The notes under the pieces were generated by a model. That model was not told where the DNA came from. It made no database searches and saw only the letters and a program-made list of their open reading frames with translations. 64,000 bases of DNA from Eledone cirrhosa. Taxonomy: Eukaryota. Positions 1 to 14,900 of the stretch are shown here, piece by piece. The DNA lies in the NCBI GenBank assembly GCA_964016885.1, contig OZ024741.1, positions 407,402,001 through 407,466,000 on the forward strand, given 5' to 3'. The translations under genes were made by a program, and so were the position numbers. Position 1 is the first letter of the stretch. The number at the start of each line of letters is the position of its first letter.

Positions 1-3000
1 CTCATTGGTATCTTCTCATCAGTTTAATACACTGTAGTAAACTCTAGGACCAGTCCTCATTGGTATCTTCTCATCAGTTTAATACACTGTAGTAAACTCT
101 AGGTACAGTCCTCATTGGTATCTTCTCATCAGTTTAATACACTGTAGTAAACTCTAGGTACAGTCCTCATTGGTATCTTCTGATCAGTTTAATAAACTGT
201 AGTAAACTCTAGGTAGAGGCCTCATTGGTATCTTCTGATCAGTTTAATAAACTGTAGTAAACTCTAGGTACAGTCCTCATTGGTATCTTCTGATCAGTTT
301 AATAAACTGTAGTAAACTCTAGGTAGAGGCCTCATTGGTATCTTCTGATCAGTTTAATAAACTGTAGTAAACTCTAGGTACAGTCCTCATTGGTATCTTC
401 TGATCAGTTTAATAAACTGTAGTAAACTCTAGGTAGAGGCCTCATTGGTATCTTCTGATCAGTTTAATAAACTGTAGTAAACTCTAGGTACAGTCCTCAT
501 TGGTATCTTCTGATCAGTTTAATACACTGTAGTAAACTCTAGGTACAGTCCTCATTGGTATCTTCTCATCAGTTTAATAAACTGTAGTAAACTCTAGGTA
601 GAGGCCTCATTGGTATCTTCTGATCAGTTTAATAAACTGTAGTAAACTCTAGGTACAGTCCTCATTGGTATCTTCTCATCAGTTTAATACACTGTAGTAA
701 ACTCTAGGTACAGTCCTCATTGGTATCTTCTCATCAGTTTAATACACTGTAGTAAACTCTAGGTACAGTCCTCATTGGTATCTTCTGATCAGTTTAATAC
801 ACTGTAGTAAACTCTAGGTACAGTCCTCATTGGTATCTTCTGATCAGTTTAATAAACTGTAGTAAACTCTAGGTAGAGGCCTCATTGGTATCTTCTGATC
901 AGTTTAATAAACTGTAGTAAACTCTAGGTACAGTCCTCATTGGTATCTTCTGATCAGTTTAATAAACTGTAGTAAACTCTAGGTAGAGGCCTCATTGGTA
1001 TCTTCTGATCAGTTTAATAAACTGTAGTAAACTCTAGGTACAGTCCTCATTGGTATCTTCTCATCAGTTTAATACACTGTAGTAAACTCTAGGTACAGTC
1101 CTCTTTGTTATCTTCTCATCAGTTTAATACACTGTAGTAAACTCTAGGTACAGTCCTCATTGGTATATTCTCATCAGTTTAATACACTGTAGTAAACTCT
1201 AGGTACAGTCCTCATTGGTATCTTCTGATCAGTTTAATACACTGTAGTAAACTCTAGGTACAGTCCTCATTGATATCTTCTGATCAGTTTAATAAACTGT
1301 AGTAAACTCTAGGTACAGTCCTCATTGGTATCTTCTCATCAGTTTAATACACTGTAGTAAACTCTAGGTACAGTCCTCTTTGTTATCTTCTCATCAGTTT
1401 AATACACTGTAGTAAACTCTAGGTACAGTCCTCATTGGTATCTTCTGATCAGTTTAATAAACTGTAGTAAACTCTAGGTACAGTCCTCATTGGTATCTTC
1501 TGATCAGTTTAATACACTGTAGTAAACTCTAGGTACAGTCCTCATTGATATCTTCTGATCAGTTTAATAAACTGTAGTAAACTCTAGGTACAGTCCTCAT
1601 TGGTATCTTCTCATCAGTTTAATACACTGTAGTAAACTCTAGGTACAGTCCTCATTGGTATCTTCTCATCAGTTTAATACACTGTAGTAAACTCTAGGTA
1701 CAGTCCTCATTGGTATCTTCTCATCAGTATAATACACTGTAGTAAACTCTAGGTACAGTCCTCATTGGTATCTTCTCATCAGTTTAATACACTGTAGTAA
1801 ACTCTAGGTACAGTCCTCATTGGTATCTTCTCATCAGTTTAATACACTGTAGTAAACTCTAGGTACAGTCCTCATTGGTATCTTCTCATCAGTTTAATAC
1901 ACTGTAGTAAACTCTAGGTACAGTCCTCATTGGTATCTTCTGATCAGTTTAATACACTGTAGTAAACTCTAGGTACAGTCCTCATTGATATCTTCTGATC
2001 AGTTTAATAAACTGTAGTAAACTCTAGGTACAGTCCTCATTGGTATCTTCTCATCAGTTTAATACACTGTAGTAAACTCTAGGTACAGTCCTCTTTGTTA
2101 TCTTCTCATCAGTTTAATACACTGTAGTAAACTCTAGGTACAGTCCTCATTGGTATCTTCTGATCAGTTTAATAAACTGTAGTAAACTCTAGGTACAGTC
2201 CTCATTGGTATCTTCTGATCAGTTTAATACACTGTAGTAAACTCTAGGTACAGTCCTCATTGATATCTTCTGATCAGTTTAATAAACTGTAGTAAACTCT
2301 AGGTACAGTCCTCATTGGTATCTTCTCATCAGTTTAATACACTGTAGTAAACTCTAGGTACAGTCCTCATTGGTATCTTCTCATCAGTTTAATACACTGT
2401 AGAAAACTCTAGGTACAGTCCTCATTGGTATCTTCTCATCAGTTTAATACACTGTAGTAAACTCTAGGTACAGTCCTCATTGGTATCTTCTCATCAGTTT
2501 AATACACTGTAGTAAACTCTAGGTACAGTCCTCATTGGTATCTTCTCATCAGTATAATACACTGTAGTAAACTCTAGGTACAGTCCTCATTGGTATCTTC
2601 TCATCAGTTTAATACACTGTAGTAAACTCTAGGTACAGTCCTCATTGGTATCTTCTCATCAGTTTAATACACTGTAGTAAACTCTAGGTACAGTCCTCAT
2701 TGGTATCTTCTCATCAGTTTAATACACTGTAGTAAACTCTAGGTACAGTCCTCATTGGTATCTTCTCATCAGTTTAATACACTGTAGTAAACTCTAGGTA
2801 CAGTCCTCATTGGTATCTTCTCATCAGTTTAATACACTGTAGTAAACTCTAGGTACAGACCTCATTGGTATCTTCTGATCAGTTTAATACACTGTAGTAA
2901 ACTCTAGGTACAGTTCTCATTGGTATCTTCTCATCAGTTTAATACACTGTAGTAAACTCTAGGTACAGTCCTCATTGGTATCTTCTCATCAGTTTAATAC

Positions 3001-6000
3001 ACTGTAGTAAACTCTAGGTACAGTTCTCATTGGTATCTTCTCATCAGTTTAATACACTGTAGTAAACTCTAGGTACAGTTCTTATTGGTATCTTCTCATC
3101 AGTTTAATACACTGTAGTAAACTCTAGGTACAGTCCTCATTGGTATCTTCTGATCAGTTTAATACACTGTAGTAAACTCTAGGTACAGTTCTCATTGGTA
3201 TCTTCTCATCAGTTTAATACACTGTAGTAAACTCTAGGTACAGTCCTCATTGGTATCTTCTCATCATTTTAATACACTGTAGTAAACTCTAGGTATAGTC
3301 CTCATTGGTATCTTCTCATCAGTTTAATACACTGTAGTAAACTCTAGGTACATTTCTCATTGGTATCTTCTCATCAGTTTAATACACTGTAGTAAACTCT
3401 AGGTACAGTTCTCATTGGTATCTTCTCATCAGTTTAATACACTGTAGTAAACTCTAGGTACAGTTCTCATTGGTATCTTCTCATCAGTTTAATACACTGT
3501 AGTAAACTCTAGGTACAGTTCTCATTGGTATCTTCTCATCAGTTTAATACACTGTAGTAAACTCTAGGTACAGTTCTCATTGGTATCTTCTCATCAGTTT
3601 AATACACTGTAGTAAACTCTAGGTACAGTTCTCATTGGTATCTTCTCATCAGTTTAATACACTGTAGTAAACTCTAGGTACAGTCCTCATTGGTATCTTC
3701 TCATCAGTTTAATACACTGTAGTAAACTCTAGGTACAGTTCTCATTGGTATCTTCTCATCAGTTTAATACACTGTAGTAAACTCTAGGTACAGTCCTCAT
3801 TGGTATCCTCTCATCAGTTTAATACACTGTAGTAAACTCTAGGTACAGTCCTCATTGGTATCTTCTCATCAGTTTAATACACTGTAGTAAACTCTAGGTA
3901 CAGTCCTCATTGGTATCTTCTGATCAGTTTAATAAACTGTAGTAAACTCTAGGTACAGTTCTTATTGGTATCTTCTCATCAGTTTAATACACTGTAGTAA
4001 ACTCTAGGTACAGTCCTCATTGGTATCTTCTCATCAGTTTAATACACTGTAGTAAACTCTAGGTACAGTTCTCGTTGGTATCTTCTCATCAGTTTAATAC
4101 ACTGTAGTAAACTCTAGGTACAGTTCTCATTGGTATCTTCTCATCAGTTTAATACACTGTAGTAAACTCTAGGTACAGTTCTCATTGGTATCTTCTCATC
4201 AGTTTAATACACTGTAGTAAACTCTAGGTACAGTTCTCATTGGTATCTTCTCATCAGTTTAATACACTGTAGTAAACTCTAGGTACAGTCCTCATTGGTA
4301 TCTTCTCATCAGTTTAATACACTGTAGTAAACTCTAGGTACAGTTCTCATCGGTATCTTCTCATCAGTTTAATACACTGTAGTAAACTCTAGGTACAGTC
4401 CTCATTGGTATCTTCTGATCAGTTTAATACACTGTAGTAAACTCTAGGTACAGTCCTCATTGGTATCTTCTCATCAGTTTAATACACTGTAGTAAACTCT
4501 AGGTACAGTTCTCATTGGTATCTTCTCATCAGTTTAATACACTGTAGTAAACTCTAGGTACAGTCCTCATTGGTATCTTCTCATCAGTTTAATACACTGT
4601 AGTAAACTCTAGGTACAGTCCTCATTGGTATCTTCTGATCAGTTTAATACACTGTAGTAAACTCTAGGTACAGTCCTCATTGGTATCTTCTCATCAGTTT
4701 AATACACTGTAGTAAACTCTAGGTACAGTCCTCATTGGTATCTTCTGATCAGTTTAATAAACTGTAGTAAACTCTAGGTACAGTTCTTATTGGTATCTTC
4801 TCATCAGTTTAATACACTGTAGTAAACTCTAGGTACAGTCCTCATTGGTATCTTCTGATCAGTTTAATACACTGTAGTAAACTCTAGGTACAGTCCTCAT
4901 TGGTATCTTCTGATCAGTTTAATACACTGTAGTAAACTCTAGGTACAGTCCTCATTGGTATCTTCTCATCAGTTTAATACACTGTAGTAAACTCTAGGAC
5001 CAGTCCTAATTGGTATCTTCTGATCAGTTTAATACACTGTAGTAAACTCTAGGTACAGTCCTCATTGGTATCTTCTCATCAGTTTAATACACTGTAGTAA
5101 ACTCTAGGTACAGTCCTCATTGGTATCTTCTCATCAGTTTAATACACTGTAGTAAACTCTAGGTACAGTCCTCATTGGTATCTTCTCATCAGTTTAATAC
5201 ACTGTAGTAAACTCTAGGTACAGTTCTCATTGGTATCTTCTCATCAGTTTAATACACTGTAGTAAACTCTAGGACCAGTCCTCATTGGTATCTTCTCATC
5301 AGTTTAATACACTGTAGTAAACTCTAGGTACAGTCCTCATTGGTATCTTCTCATCAGTTTAATACACTGTAGTAAACTCTAGGTACAGTCCTCATTGGTA
5401 TCTTCTGATCAGTTTAATAAACTGTAGTAAACTCTAGGTAGAGGCCTCATTGGTATCTTCTGATCAGTTTAATAAACTGTAGTAAACTCTAGGTACAGTC
5501 CTCATTGGTATCTTCTCATCAGTTTAATAAACTGTAGTAAACTCTAGGTAGAGGCCTCATTGGTATCTTCTGATCAGTTTAATAAACTGTAGTAAACTCT
5601 AGGTACAGTCCTCATTGGTATCTTCTGATCAGTTTAATAAACTGTAGTAAACTCTAGGTAGAGGCCTCATTGGTATCTTCTGATCAGTTTAATAAACTGT
5701 AGTAAACTCTAGGTACAGTCCTCATTGGTATCTTCTGATCAGTTTAATACACTGTAGTAAACTCTAGGTACAGTCCTCATTGGTATCTTCTCATCAGTTT
5801 AATAAACTGTAGTAAACTCTAGGTAGAGGCCTCATTGGTATCTTCTGATCAGTTTAATAAACTGTAGTAAACTCTAGGTACAGTCCTCATTGGTATCTTC
5901 TCATCAGTTTAATACACTGTAGTAAACTCTAGGTACAGTCCTCATTGGTATCTTCTCATCAGTTTAATACACTGTAGTAAACTCTAGGTACAGTCCTCAT

Positions 6001-9000
6001 TGGTATCTTCTGATCAGTTTAATACACTGTAGTAAACTCTAGGTACAGTCCTCATTGGTATCTTCTGATCAGTTTAATAAACTGTAGTAAACTCTAGGTA
6101 GAGGCCTCATTGGTATCTTCTGATCAGTTTAATAAACTGTAGTAAACTCTAGGTACAGTCCTCATTGGTATCTTCTGATCAGTTTAATAAACTGTAGTAA
6201 ACTCTAGGTAGAGGCCTCATTGGTATCTTCTGATCAGTTTAATAAACTGTAGTAAACTCTAGGTACAGTCCTCATTGGTATCTTCTCATCAGTTTAATAC
6301 ACTGTAGTAAACTCTAGGTACAGTCCTCTTTGTTATCTTCTCATCAGTTTAATACACTGTAGTAAACTCTAGGTACAGTCCTCATTGGTATATTCTCATC
6401 AGTTTAATACACTGTAGTAAACTCTAGGTACAGTCCTCATTGGTATCTTCTGATCAGTTTAATACACTGTAGTAAACTCTAGGTACAGTCCTCATTGATA
6501 TCTTCTGATCAGTTTAATAAACTGTAGTAAACTCTAGGTACAGTCCTCATTGGTATCTTCTCATCAGTTTAATACACTGTAGTAAACTCTAGGTACAGTC
6601 CTCTTTGTTATCTTCTCATCAGTTTAATACACTGTAGTAAACTCTAGGTACAGTCCTCATTGGTATCTTCTGATCAGTTTAATAAACTGTAGTAAACTCT
6701 AGGTACAGTCCTCATTGGTATCTTCTGATCAGTTTAATACACTGTAGTAAACTCTAGGTACAGTCCTCATTGATATCTTCTGATCAGTTTAATAAACTGT
6801 AGTAAACTCTAGGTACAGTCCTCATTGGTATCTTCTCATCAGTTTAATACACTGTAGTAAACTCTAGGTACAGTCCTCATTGGTATCTTCTCATCAGTTT
6901 AATACACTGTAGTAAACTCTAGGTACAGTCCTCATTGGTATCTTCTCATCAGTTTAATACACTGTAGTAAACTCTAGGTACAGTCCTCATTGGTATCTTC
7001 TCATCAGTTTAATACACTGTAGTAAACTCTAGGTACAGTCCTCATTGGTATCTTCTCATCAGTATAATACACTGTAGTAAACTCTAGGTACAGTCCTCAT
7101 TGGTATCTTCTCATCAGTTTAATACACTGTAGTAAACTCTAGGTACAGTCCTCATTGGTATCTTCTCATCAGTTTAATACACTGTAGTAAACTCTAGGTA
7201 CAGTCCTCATTGGTATCTTCTCATCAGTTTAATACACTGTAGTAAACTCTAGGTACAGTCCTCATTGGTATCTTCTCATCAGTTTAATACACTGTAGTAA
7301 ACTCTAGCTACAGTCCTCATTGGTATCTTCTCATCAGTTTAATACACTGTAGTAAACTCTAGGTACAGTCCTCATTGGTATCTTCTCATCAGTTTAATAC
7401 ACTGTAGTAAACTCTAGCTACAGTCCTCATTGGTATCTTCTCATCAGTTTAATACACTGTAGTAAACTCTAGGTACAGTCCTCATTGGTATCTTCTCATC
7501 AGTTTAATACACTGTAGTAAACTCTAGGTACAGTCCTCATTGGTATCTTCTCATCAGTTTAATACACTGTAGTAAACTCTAGGTACAGTCCTCATTGGTA
7601 TCTTCTCATCAGTTTAATACACTGTAGTAAACTCTAGGTACAGTCCTCATTGGTATCTTCTCATCAGTTTAATACACTGTAGTAAACTCTAGGTACAGTC
7701 CTCATTGGTATCTTCTCATCAGTTTAATACACTGTAGTAAACTCTAGGTACAGTCCTCATTGGTATCTTCTCATCAGTTTAATACACTGTAGTAAACTCT
7801 AGGTACAGTCCTCATTGGTATCTTCTCATCAGTTTAATACACTGTAGTAAACTCTAGGTACAGTCCTCATTGGTATCTTCTCATCAGTTTAATACACTGT
7901 AGTAAACTCTAGGTACAGTCCTCATTGGTATCTTCTCATCAGTTTAATACACTGTAGTAAACTCTAGGTACAGTCCTCATTGGTATCTTCTCATCAGTTC
8001 AATACACTGTAGTAAACTCTAAGTACAGTTCTCATTGGTATCTTCTCATCAGTTTAATACACTGTAGTAAACTCTAGGTACAGTCCTCATTGGTATCTTC
8101 TCATCAGTTTAATACACTGTAGTAAACTCTAGGTACAGTCCTCATTGGTATCTTCTCATCAGTTTAATACACTGTAGTAAACTCTAGGTAGAGGCCTCAT
8201 TGGTATCTTCTCATCAGTTTAATACACTGTAGTAAACTCTAGGTACAGTCCTCATTGGTATCTTCTCATCAGTTTAATACACTGTAGTAAACTCTAGGTA
8301 CAGTCCTCATTGGTATCCTCTCATCAGTTTAATACACTGTAGTAAACTCTAGGTACAGTCCTCATTGGTATCTTCTGATCAGTTTAATACACTGTAGTAA
8401 ACTCTAGGTACAGTCCTCATTGGTATCTTCTCATCAGTTTAATACACTGTAGTAAACTCTAGGTACAGTCCTCATTGGTATCTTCTCATCAGTTTAATAC
8501 ACTGTAGTAAACTCTAGGTACAGTCCTCATTGGTATCTTCTCATCAGTTTAATACACTGTAGTAAACTCTAGGTACAGTCCTCATTGGTATCTTCTCATC
8601 AGTTTAATACACTGTAGTAAACTCTAGGTACAGTCCTCATTGGTATCTTCTCATCAGTTTAATACACTGTAGTAAACTCTAGGTACAGTCCTCATTGGTA
8701 TCTTCTCATCAGTTTAATACACTGTAGTAAACTCTAGGTACAGTCCTCATTGGTATCTTCTCATCAGTTTAATACACTGTAGTAAACTCTAGCTACAGTC
8801 CTCATTGGTATCTTCTCATCAGTTTAATACACTGTAGTAAACTCTAGGTACAGTCCTCATTGGTATCTTCTCATCAGTTTAATACACTGTAGTAAACTCT
8901 AGGTACAGTCCTCATTGGTATCTTCTCATCAGTTTAATACACTGTAGTAAACTCTAGGTACAGTCCTCATTGGTATCTTCTCATCAGTTTAATACACTGT

Positions 9001-11682
9001 AGTAAACTCTAGGTACAGTCCTCATTGGTATCTTCTCATCAGTTTAATACACTGTAGTAAACTCTAGGTACAGTCCTCATTGGTATCTTCTGATCAGTTT
9101 AATACACTGTAGTAAACTCTAGGTACAGTCCTCATTGATATCTTCTGATCAGTTTAATAAACTGTAGTAAACTCTAGGTACAGTCCTCATTGGTATCTTC
9201 TCATCAGTTTAATACACTGTAGTAAACTCTAGGTACAGTCCTCATTGGTATCTTCTCATCAGTTTAATACACTGTAGTAAACTCTAGGTACAGTCCTCAT
9301 TGGTATCTTCTCATCAGTTTAATACACTGTAGTAAACTCTAGGTACAGTCCTCATTGGTATCTTCTCATCAGTTTAATACACTGTAGTAAACTCTAGGTA
9401 CAGTCCTCATTGGTATCTTCTCATCAGTATAATACACTGTAGTAAACTCTAGGTACAGTCCTCATTGGTATCTTCTCATCAGTTTAATACACTGTAGTAA
9501 ACTCTAGGTACAGTCCTCATTGGTATCTTCTCATCAGTTTAATACACTGTAGTAAACTCTAGGTACAGTCCTCATTGGTATCTTCTCATCAGTTTAATAC
9601 ACTGTAGTAAACTCTAGGTACAGTCCTCATTGGTATCTTCTCATCAGTTTAATACACTGTAGTAAACTCTAGCTACAGTCCTCATTGGTATCTTCTCATC
9701 AGTTTAATACACTGTAGTAAACTCTAGGTACAGTCCTCATTGGTATCTTCTCATCAGTTTAATACACTGTAGTAAACTCTAGCTACAGTCCTCATTGGTA
9801 TCTTCTCATCAGTTTAATACACTGTAGTAAACTCTAGGTACAGTCCTCATTGGTATCTTCTCATCAGTTTAATACACTGTAGTAAACTCTAGGTACAGTC
9901 CTCATTGGTATCTTCTCATCAGTTTAATACACTGTAGTAAACTCTAGGTACAGTCCTCATTGGTATCTTCTCATCAGTTTAATACACTGTAGTAAACTCT
10001 AGGTACAGTCCTCATTGGTATCTTCTCATCAGTTTAATACACTGTAGTAAACTCTAGGTACAGTCCTCATTGGTATCTTCTCATCAGTTTAATACACTGT
10101 AGTAAACTCTAGGTACAGTCCTCATTGGTATCTTCTCATCAGTTTAATACACTGTAGTAAACTCTAGGTACAGTCCTCATTGGTATCTTCTCATCAGTTT
10201 AATACACTGTAGTAAACTCTAGGTACAGTCCTCATTGGTATCTTCTCATCAGTTTAATACACTGTAGTAAACTCTAGGTACAGTCCTCATTGGTATCTTC
10301 TCATCAGTTTAATACACTGTAGTAAACTCTAGGTACAGTCCTCATTGGTATCTTCTCATCAGTTCAATACACTGTAGTAAACTCTAAGTACAGTTCTCAT
10401 TGGTATCTTCTCATCAGTTTAATACACTGTAGTAAACTCTAGGTACAGTCCTCATTGGTATCTTCTCATCAGTTTAATACACTGTAGTAAACTCTAGGTA
10501 CAGTCCTCATTGGTATCTTCTCATCAGTTTAATACACTGTAGTAAACTCTAGGTAGAGGCCTCATTGGTATCTTCTCATCAGTTTAATACACTGTAGTAA
10601 ACTCTAGGTACAGTCCTCATTGGTATCTTCTCATCAGTTTAATACACTGTAGTAAACTCTAGGTACAGTCCTCATTGGTATCCTCTCATCAGTTTAATAC
10701 ACTGTAGTAAACTCTAGGTACAGTCCTCATTGGTATCTTCTGATCAGTTTAATACACTGTAGTAAACTCTAGGTACAGTCCTCATTGGTATCTTCTCATC
10801 AGTTTAATACACTGTAGTAAACTCTAGGTACAGTCCTCATTGGTATCTTCTCATCAGTTTAATACACTGTAGTAAACTCTAGGTACAGTCCTCATTGGTA
10901 TCTTCTCATCAGTTTAATACACTGTAGTAAACTCTAGGTACAGTCCTCATTGGTATCTTCTCATCAGTTTAATACACTGTAGTAATCTCTAGGTACAGTC
11001 CTCATTGGTATCTTCTCATCAGTTTAATACACTGTAGTAAACTCTAGGTACAGTCCTCATTGGTATCTTCTCATCAGTTTAATACACTGTAGTAAACTCT
11101 AGGTACAGTCCTCATTGGTATCTTCTCATCAGTTTAATACACTGTAGTAAACTCTAGGTACAGTCCTCATTGGTATCTTCTCATCAGTTTAATACACTGT
11201 AGTAAACTCTAGGTACAGTCCTCATTGGTATCTTCTCATCAGTTTAATACACTGTAGTAAACTCTAGGTACAGTCCTCATTGGTATCTTCTCATCAGTTT
11301 AATACACTGTAGTAAACTCTAGGTACAGTCCTCATTGGTATCTTCTCATCAGTTTAATACACTGTAGTAAACTCTAGGTACAGTCCTCATTGGTATCTTC
11401 TCATCAGTTTAATACACTGTAGTAAACTCTAGGTACAGTCCTCATTGGTATCTTCTCATCAGTTTAATACACTGTAGTAAACTCTAGGTACAGTCCTCAT
11501 TGGTATCTTCTCATCAGTTTAATACACTGTAGTAAACTCTAGGTACAGTCCTCATTGGTATCTTCTCATCAGTTTAATACACTGTAGTAAACTCTAGGTA
11601 CAGTCCTCATTGGTATCTTCTCATCAGTTTAATACACTGTAGTAAACTCTAGGTACATTCCTCATCGGTATCTTCTCATCAG
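1..11682. repeat. 55-bp tandem satellite, ~212 units, continues off the left edge
   Basis: Unit CTCATTGGTATCTTCTCATCAGTTTAATACACTGTAGTAAACTCTAGGTACAGTC recurs at 1, 56, 111 ... 7261, 11221, 11661 (all 1+55n), so phase is kept with no net indels; only point variants seen. Confidence 0.99.
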
Positions 11683-11902
11683 AATTTACAAATCTCACGG
11701 GTATAGATTTATGGTACCCATTTGTGTTGAAACTGTTCAGTCACCCCAACCCACAATGCAACGTTGTCTCTCCATTGCAATATTCAAATGTGATTACCAA
11801 CAATCTGTCTTCGTATTCTTCTTATATAGAATCTAATTTAAATACACACCCAATACTCCGCCATTACTTAAACCTGTTATTTTCTTCTTCTTCCTACCAT
11901 TA

Positions 11903-14900
11903 TATCTAGACTCACTACAGAATCTACTGTCTATAGTTGTTATCTAGACTAACCAGTGAATATACTACCTATAGTTGTTATCAAGGCTCACCACAGAATC
12001 TACTTCCTATAGTTGTTATCTAGACTCACCACAGAATCTACTGACTATAGTTAGTATCTAGAATCACCACATCTTCTACTGCCTATAGTTGTTATCTAGT
12101 CTCACAACAGAATCTACTGCCTATAGTCTAGACTCACCACAGAATCTACTGACTATAGTTAGTAGCTTGACTCACCACAGAATCTAATGCCTACAGTTGT
12201 TTCGTAGACTCACCACAGTAACTACTGCCTATAGTTAGTATCTAGACATATTACAGAATCTACTGCCTTTAGTTTTTGTCTAGACTTATGACAGAATCTA
12301 CTGCCTATAGTAGTTATATAAACTCATAACAGAATCTACTGTCTATAGCTCGTATCTAGACTCACCACAGAATCCACTGCCTATAGTTGTAATCTAGACT
12401 CACCATAGAAACTACTTCCCATAGCTAGTATCTAGACTCATCACAGTATCTACTGACTATAGTTAGTATCTAGACTTATTACAGAATCTACTGCCTACAG
12501 TTGTTATCAAGACATATTACAGAATATACTGCCTATATTTGTTATCTAGACTCACCAAAGAATCCACTGGCTATAGTTGTTATCTAGACTGATCACAGAA
12601 TATACTTCCTATAGTTAGTATCTAGACTTATTATAGAAAATACTGCCTATAGTTAGTATCTAGACTCACCACAGAATCTACTGCCTATAGTTACTATCTA
12701 GACTTAATACAGAATCTACTGCCTATAGTTGTTATCTAGACTTAATACAGAATCTACTGCCTATAGTTAGTATCTAGACTTATTACAGAATCTACTGCCT
12801 ATAGTTAGTAACTTGACTTAACACAGAATCTACTGTCTATAGTTGTTATCTAGACTTATTACAGAATCTATAGCCCATAGTTGTTATCTAGACTCATAAC
12901 AGAATCTACTGTTTATAGATAGTATCTAAACTCACCACAAAATCTACGGCCTATAGTTGTTATCTACACTCATCACAGAATCTACCGATTATAGTTAGTA
13001 TCTAAACTTATTACAGAATCTACTGCCTATAGTTAGTATCTAGACCCATCACAGAATCTACTGCCTATAGTTAGTATCTAGACTCACCACAGAATCTACT
13101 GCCTACAATTGTTAACTAGACTCATCACAGAATCTACTGTCTATAGTTGTTATCCAGACTTATTACAATATCTACTGCCTATAGTTGTTATCTTGACTCA
13201 CCACAGAATTTACTGCCTATAGATGTTATCTAGACTCATCACAGTATCTACTGACTATAATTATTATCTAGAGTTATTACATAATCTACTGCCTATAGTT
13301 ATTATCTAGACTTATTACAGAATCTACTGCCTATAATTAGTATGTAGACTCATCACTGAATCTACTCTCTATAGTTAGTAACTAGACTCACCACATAATC
13401 TACTGCCTATAGTTGTTATCTAGAATCACCACAGAATCTACTTCCTATAGTTAGTATCTAGACTTATTACAGGAATCTACTGACTATAGTTAGTATCTAG
13501 ACTCATCACAAAATCTACTGACTATAGTTAGTATCTAGACATATTACAGAATCTACTGCCTATAGTTGTTATCTAGACTCACCACAGAATCTACTGCCTA
13601 CAGTTGTTATCTAGACACACCACAGAATCTACTGCCTATAGTTAGTAACTAGACTTATTACAGAATCTAATGCCTATAGTTAGTATCTAGTCTTATTACA
13701 TAATATACTGCCTATAGTTGTTATCTAGACTTATTACAGAATCTACTGCCTATAGTTGTTATCTAAACTCATATCAGAATCTACTGTCTATAGCTAGTAT
13801 CTATACTCACCAGAGAATCCACTGGCTATACTTGTTACCTAGACTCATCACTGAATCTACTGACTATAATTAGTATCTAGACTTATTACAGAATCTACTG
13901 ACTATAGTTAATATCTAGACTTATCACAGTATCTACTTCCCATAGTTAGTATCTAGACTTATTACAGAATCTACTGCCTATAGTTAGTATCTAGACTCAT
14001 CAGAGTATCTACTGACTATAGTTAGTATCTAGACTTATTACAGAATCTACTGCCTATTGTTGTTATCTAGACTTATTAGAGAATCTACTGCCTATAGTTG
14101 TTATCTAGACTCACCACAGAATCTACTGCCTACACTTGTTATCTAGACGCACCACAGAATCTACTGTCTATAGTTAGTATCTAGACTTATTACAGAATCT
14201 ACTGCCTATAGTTGTTATCTAGACTCATAACAGAATCTACTGTCTATAGTTGTAATCTAGACTCATCACAGAATCTACTGCCTTTAGTTGTTATCTAGAC
14301 TCACCACAGAATCCACTGGCTATAGTTGTTATCTAGACTTCTTACAGAATCTACTGCCTATAGTTAGTAGATAGACTCACCACAGAATCTACAGACTATA
14401 GTTGTTATCTAGACTCACCACAGAATCTAGTGACTATAGTTAGTATCTAGACTCACAACATCTTCTACTGCCCGTAGTTGTTATCTAGTCTCACAACAGG
14501 ATCTACTGCCTATAGTCTAGACTCATCACAGAATCTTCTGACTATAGTTAGTATCTAGACTCACCACAGAATCTACTGCCTACACTTGTTTTCTAGACTC
14601 ACCCCAGAAATTACTGCCTATAGTTAGTATCTAGACTTATTACAGAATATACTGCCTATAGTTTTTATGTAGACATATTTACATAATCTACTGCCTATAG
14701 TAGTTATCTAAACTCATAACAGAATCTACTGTCTATAGCTCGTATGATAGTTAGTTGATAGACTCACCACAGAATCTACAGACTATAGTTGTTATCTAGA
14801 CTCACCTCAGAATCCATTGGCTATAGTTGTTATCTAGACTCATCACAGAATCTACTGACTATACTTAGTATCTGGACTTATTGCAGAATCTACTGCCTAT

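Noticed and set aside
1-11682. 55-bp satellite as a hammerhead satellite (minus strand contains CTGATGA in most units)
   Set aside because: No GAAA plus NUH or convincing stem II in the unit or across unit junctions, and a common variant changes the motif to CTGATCA.
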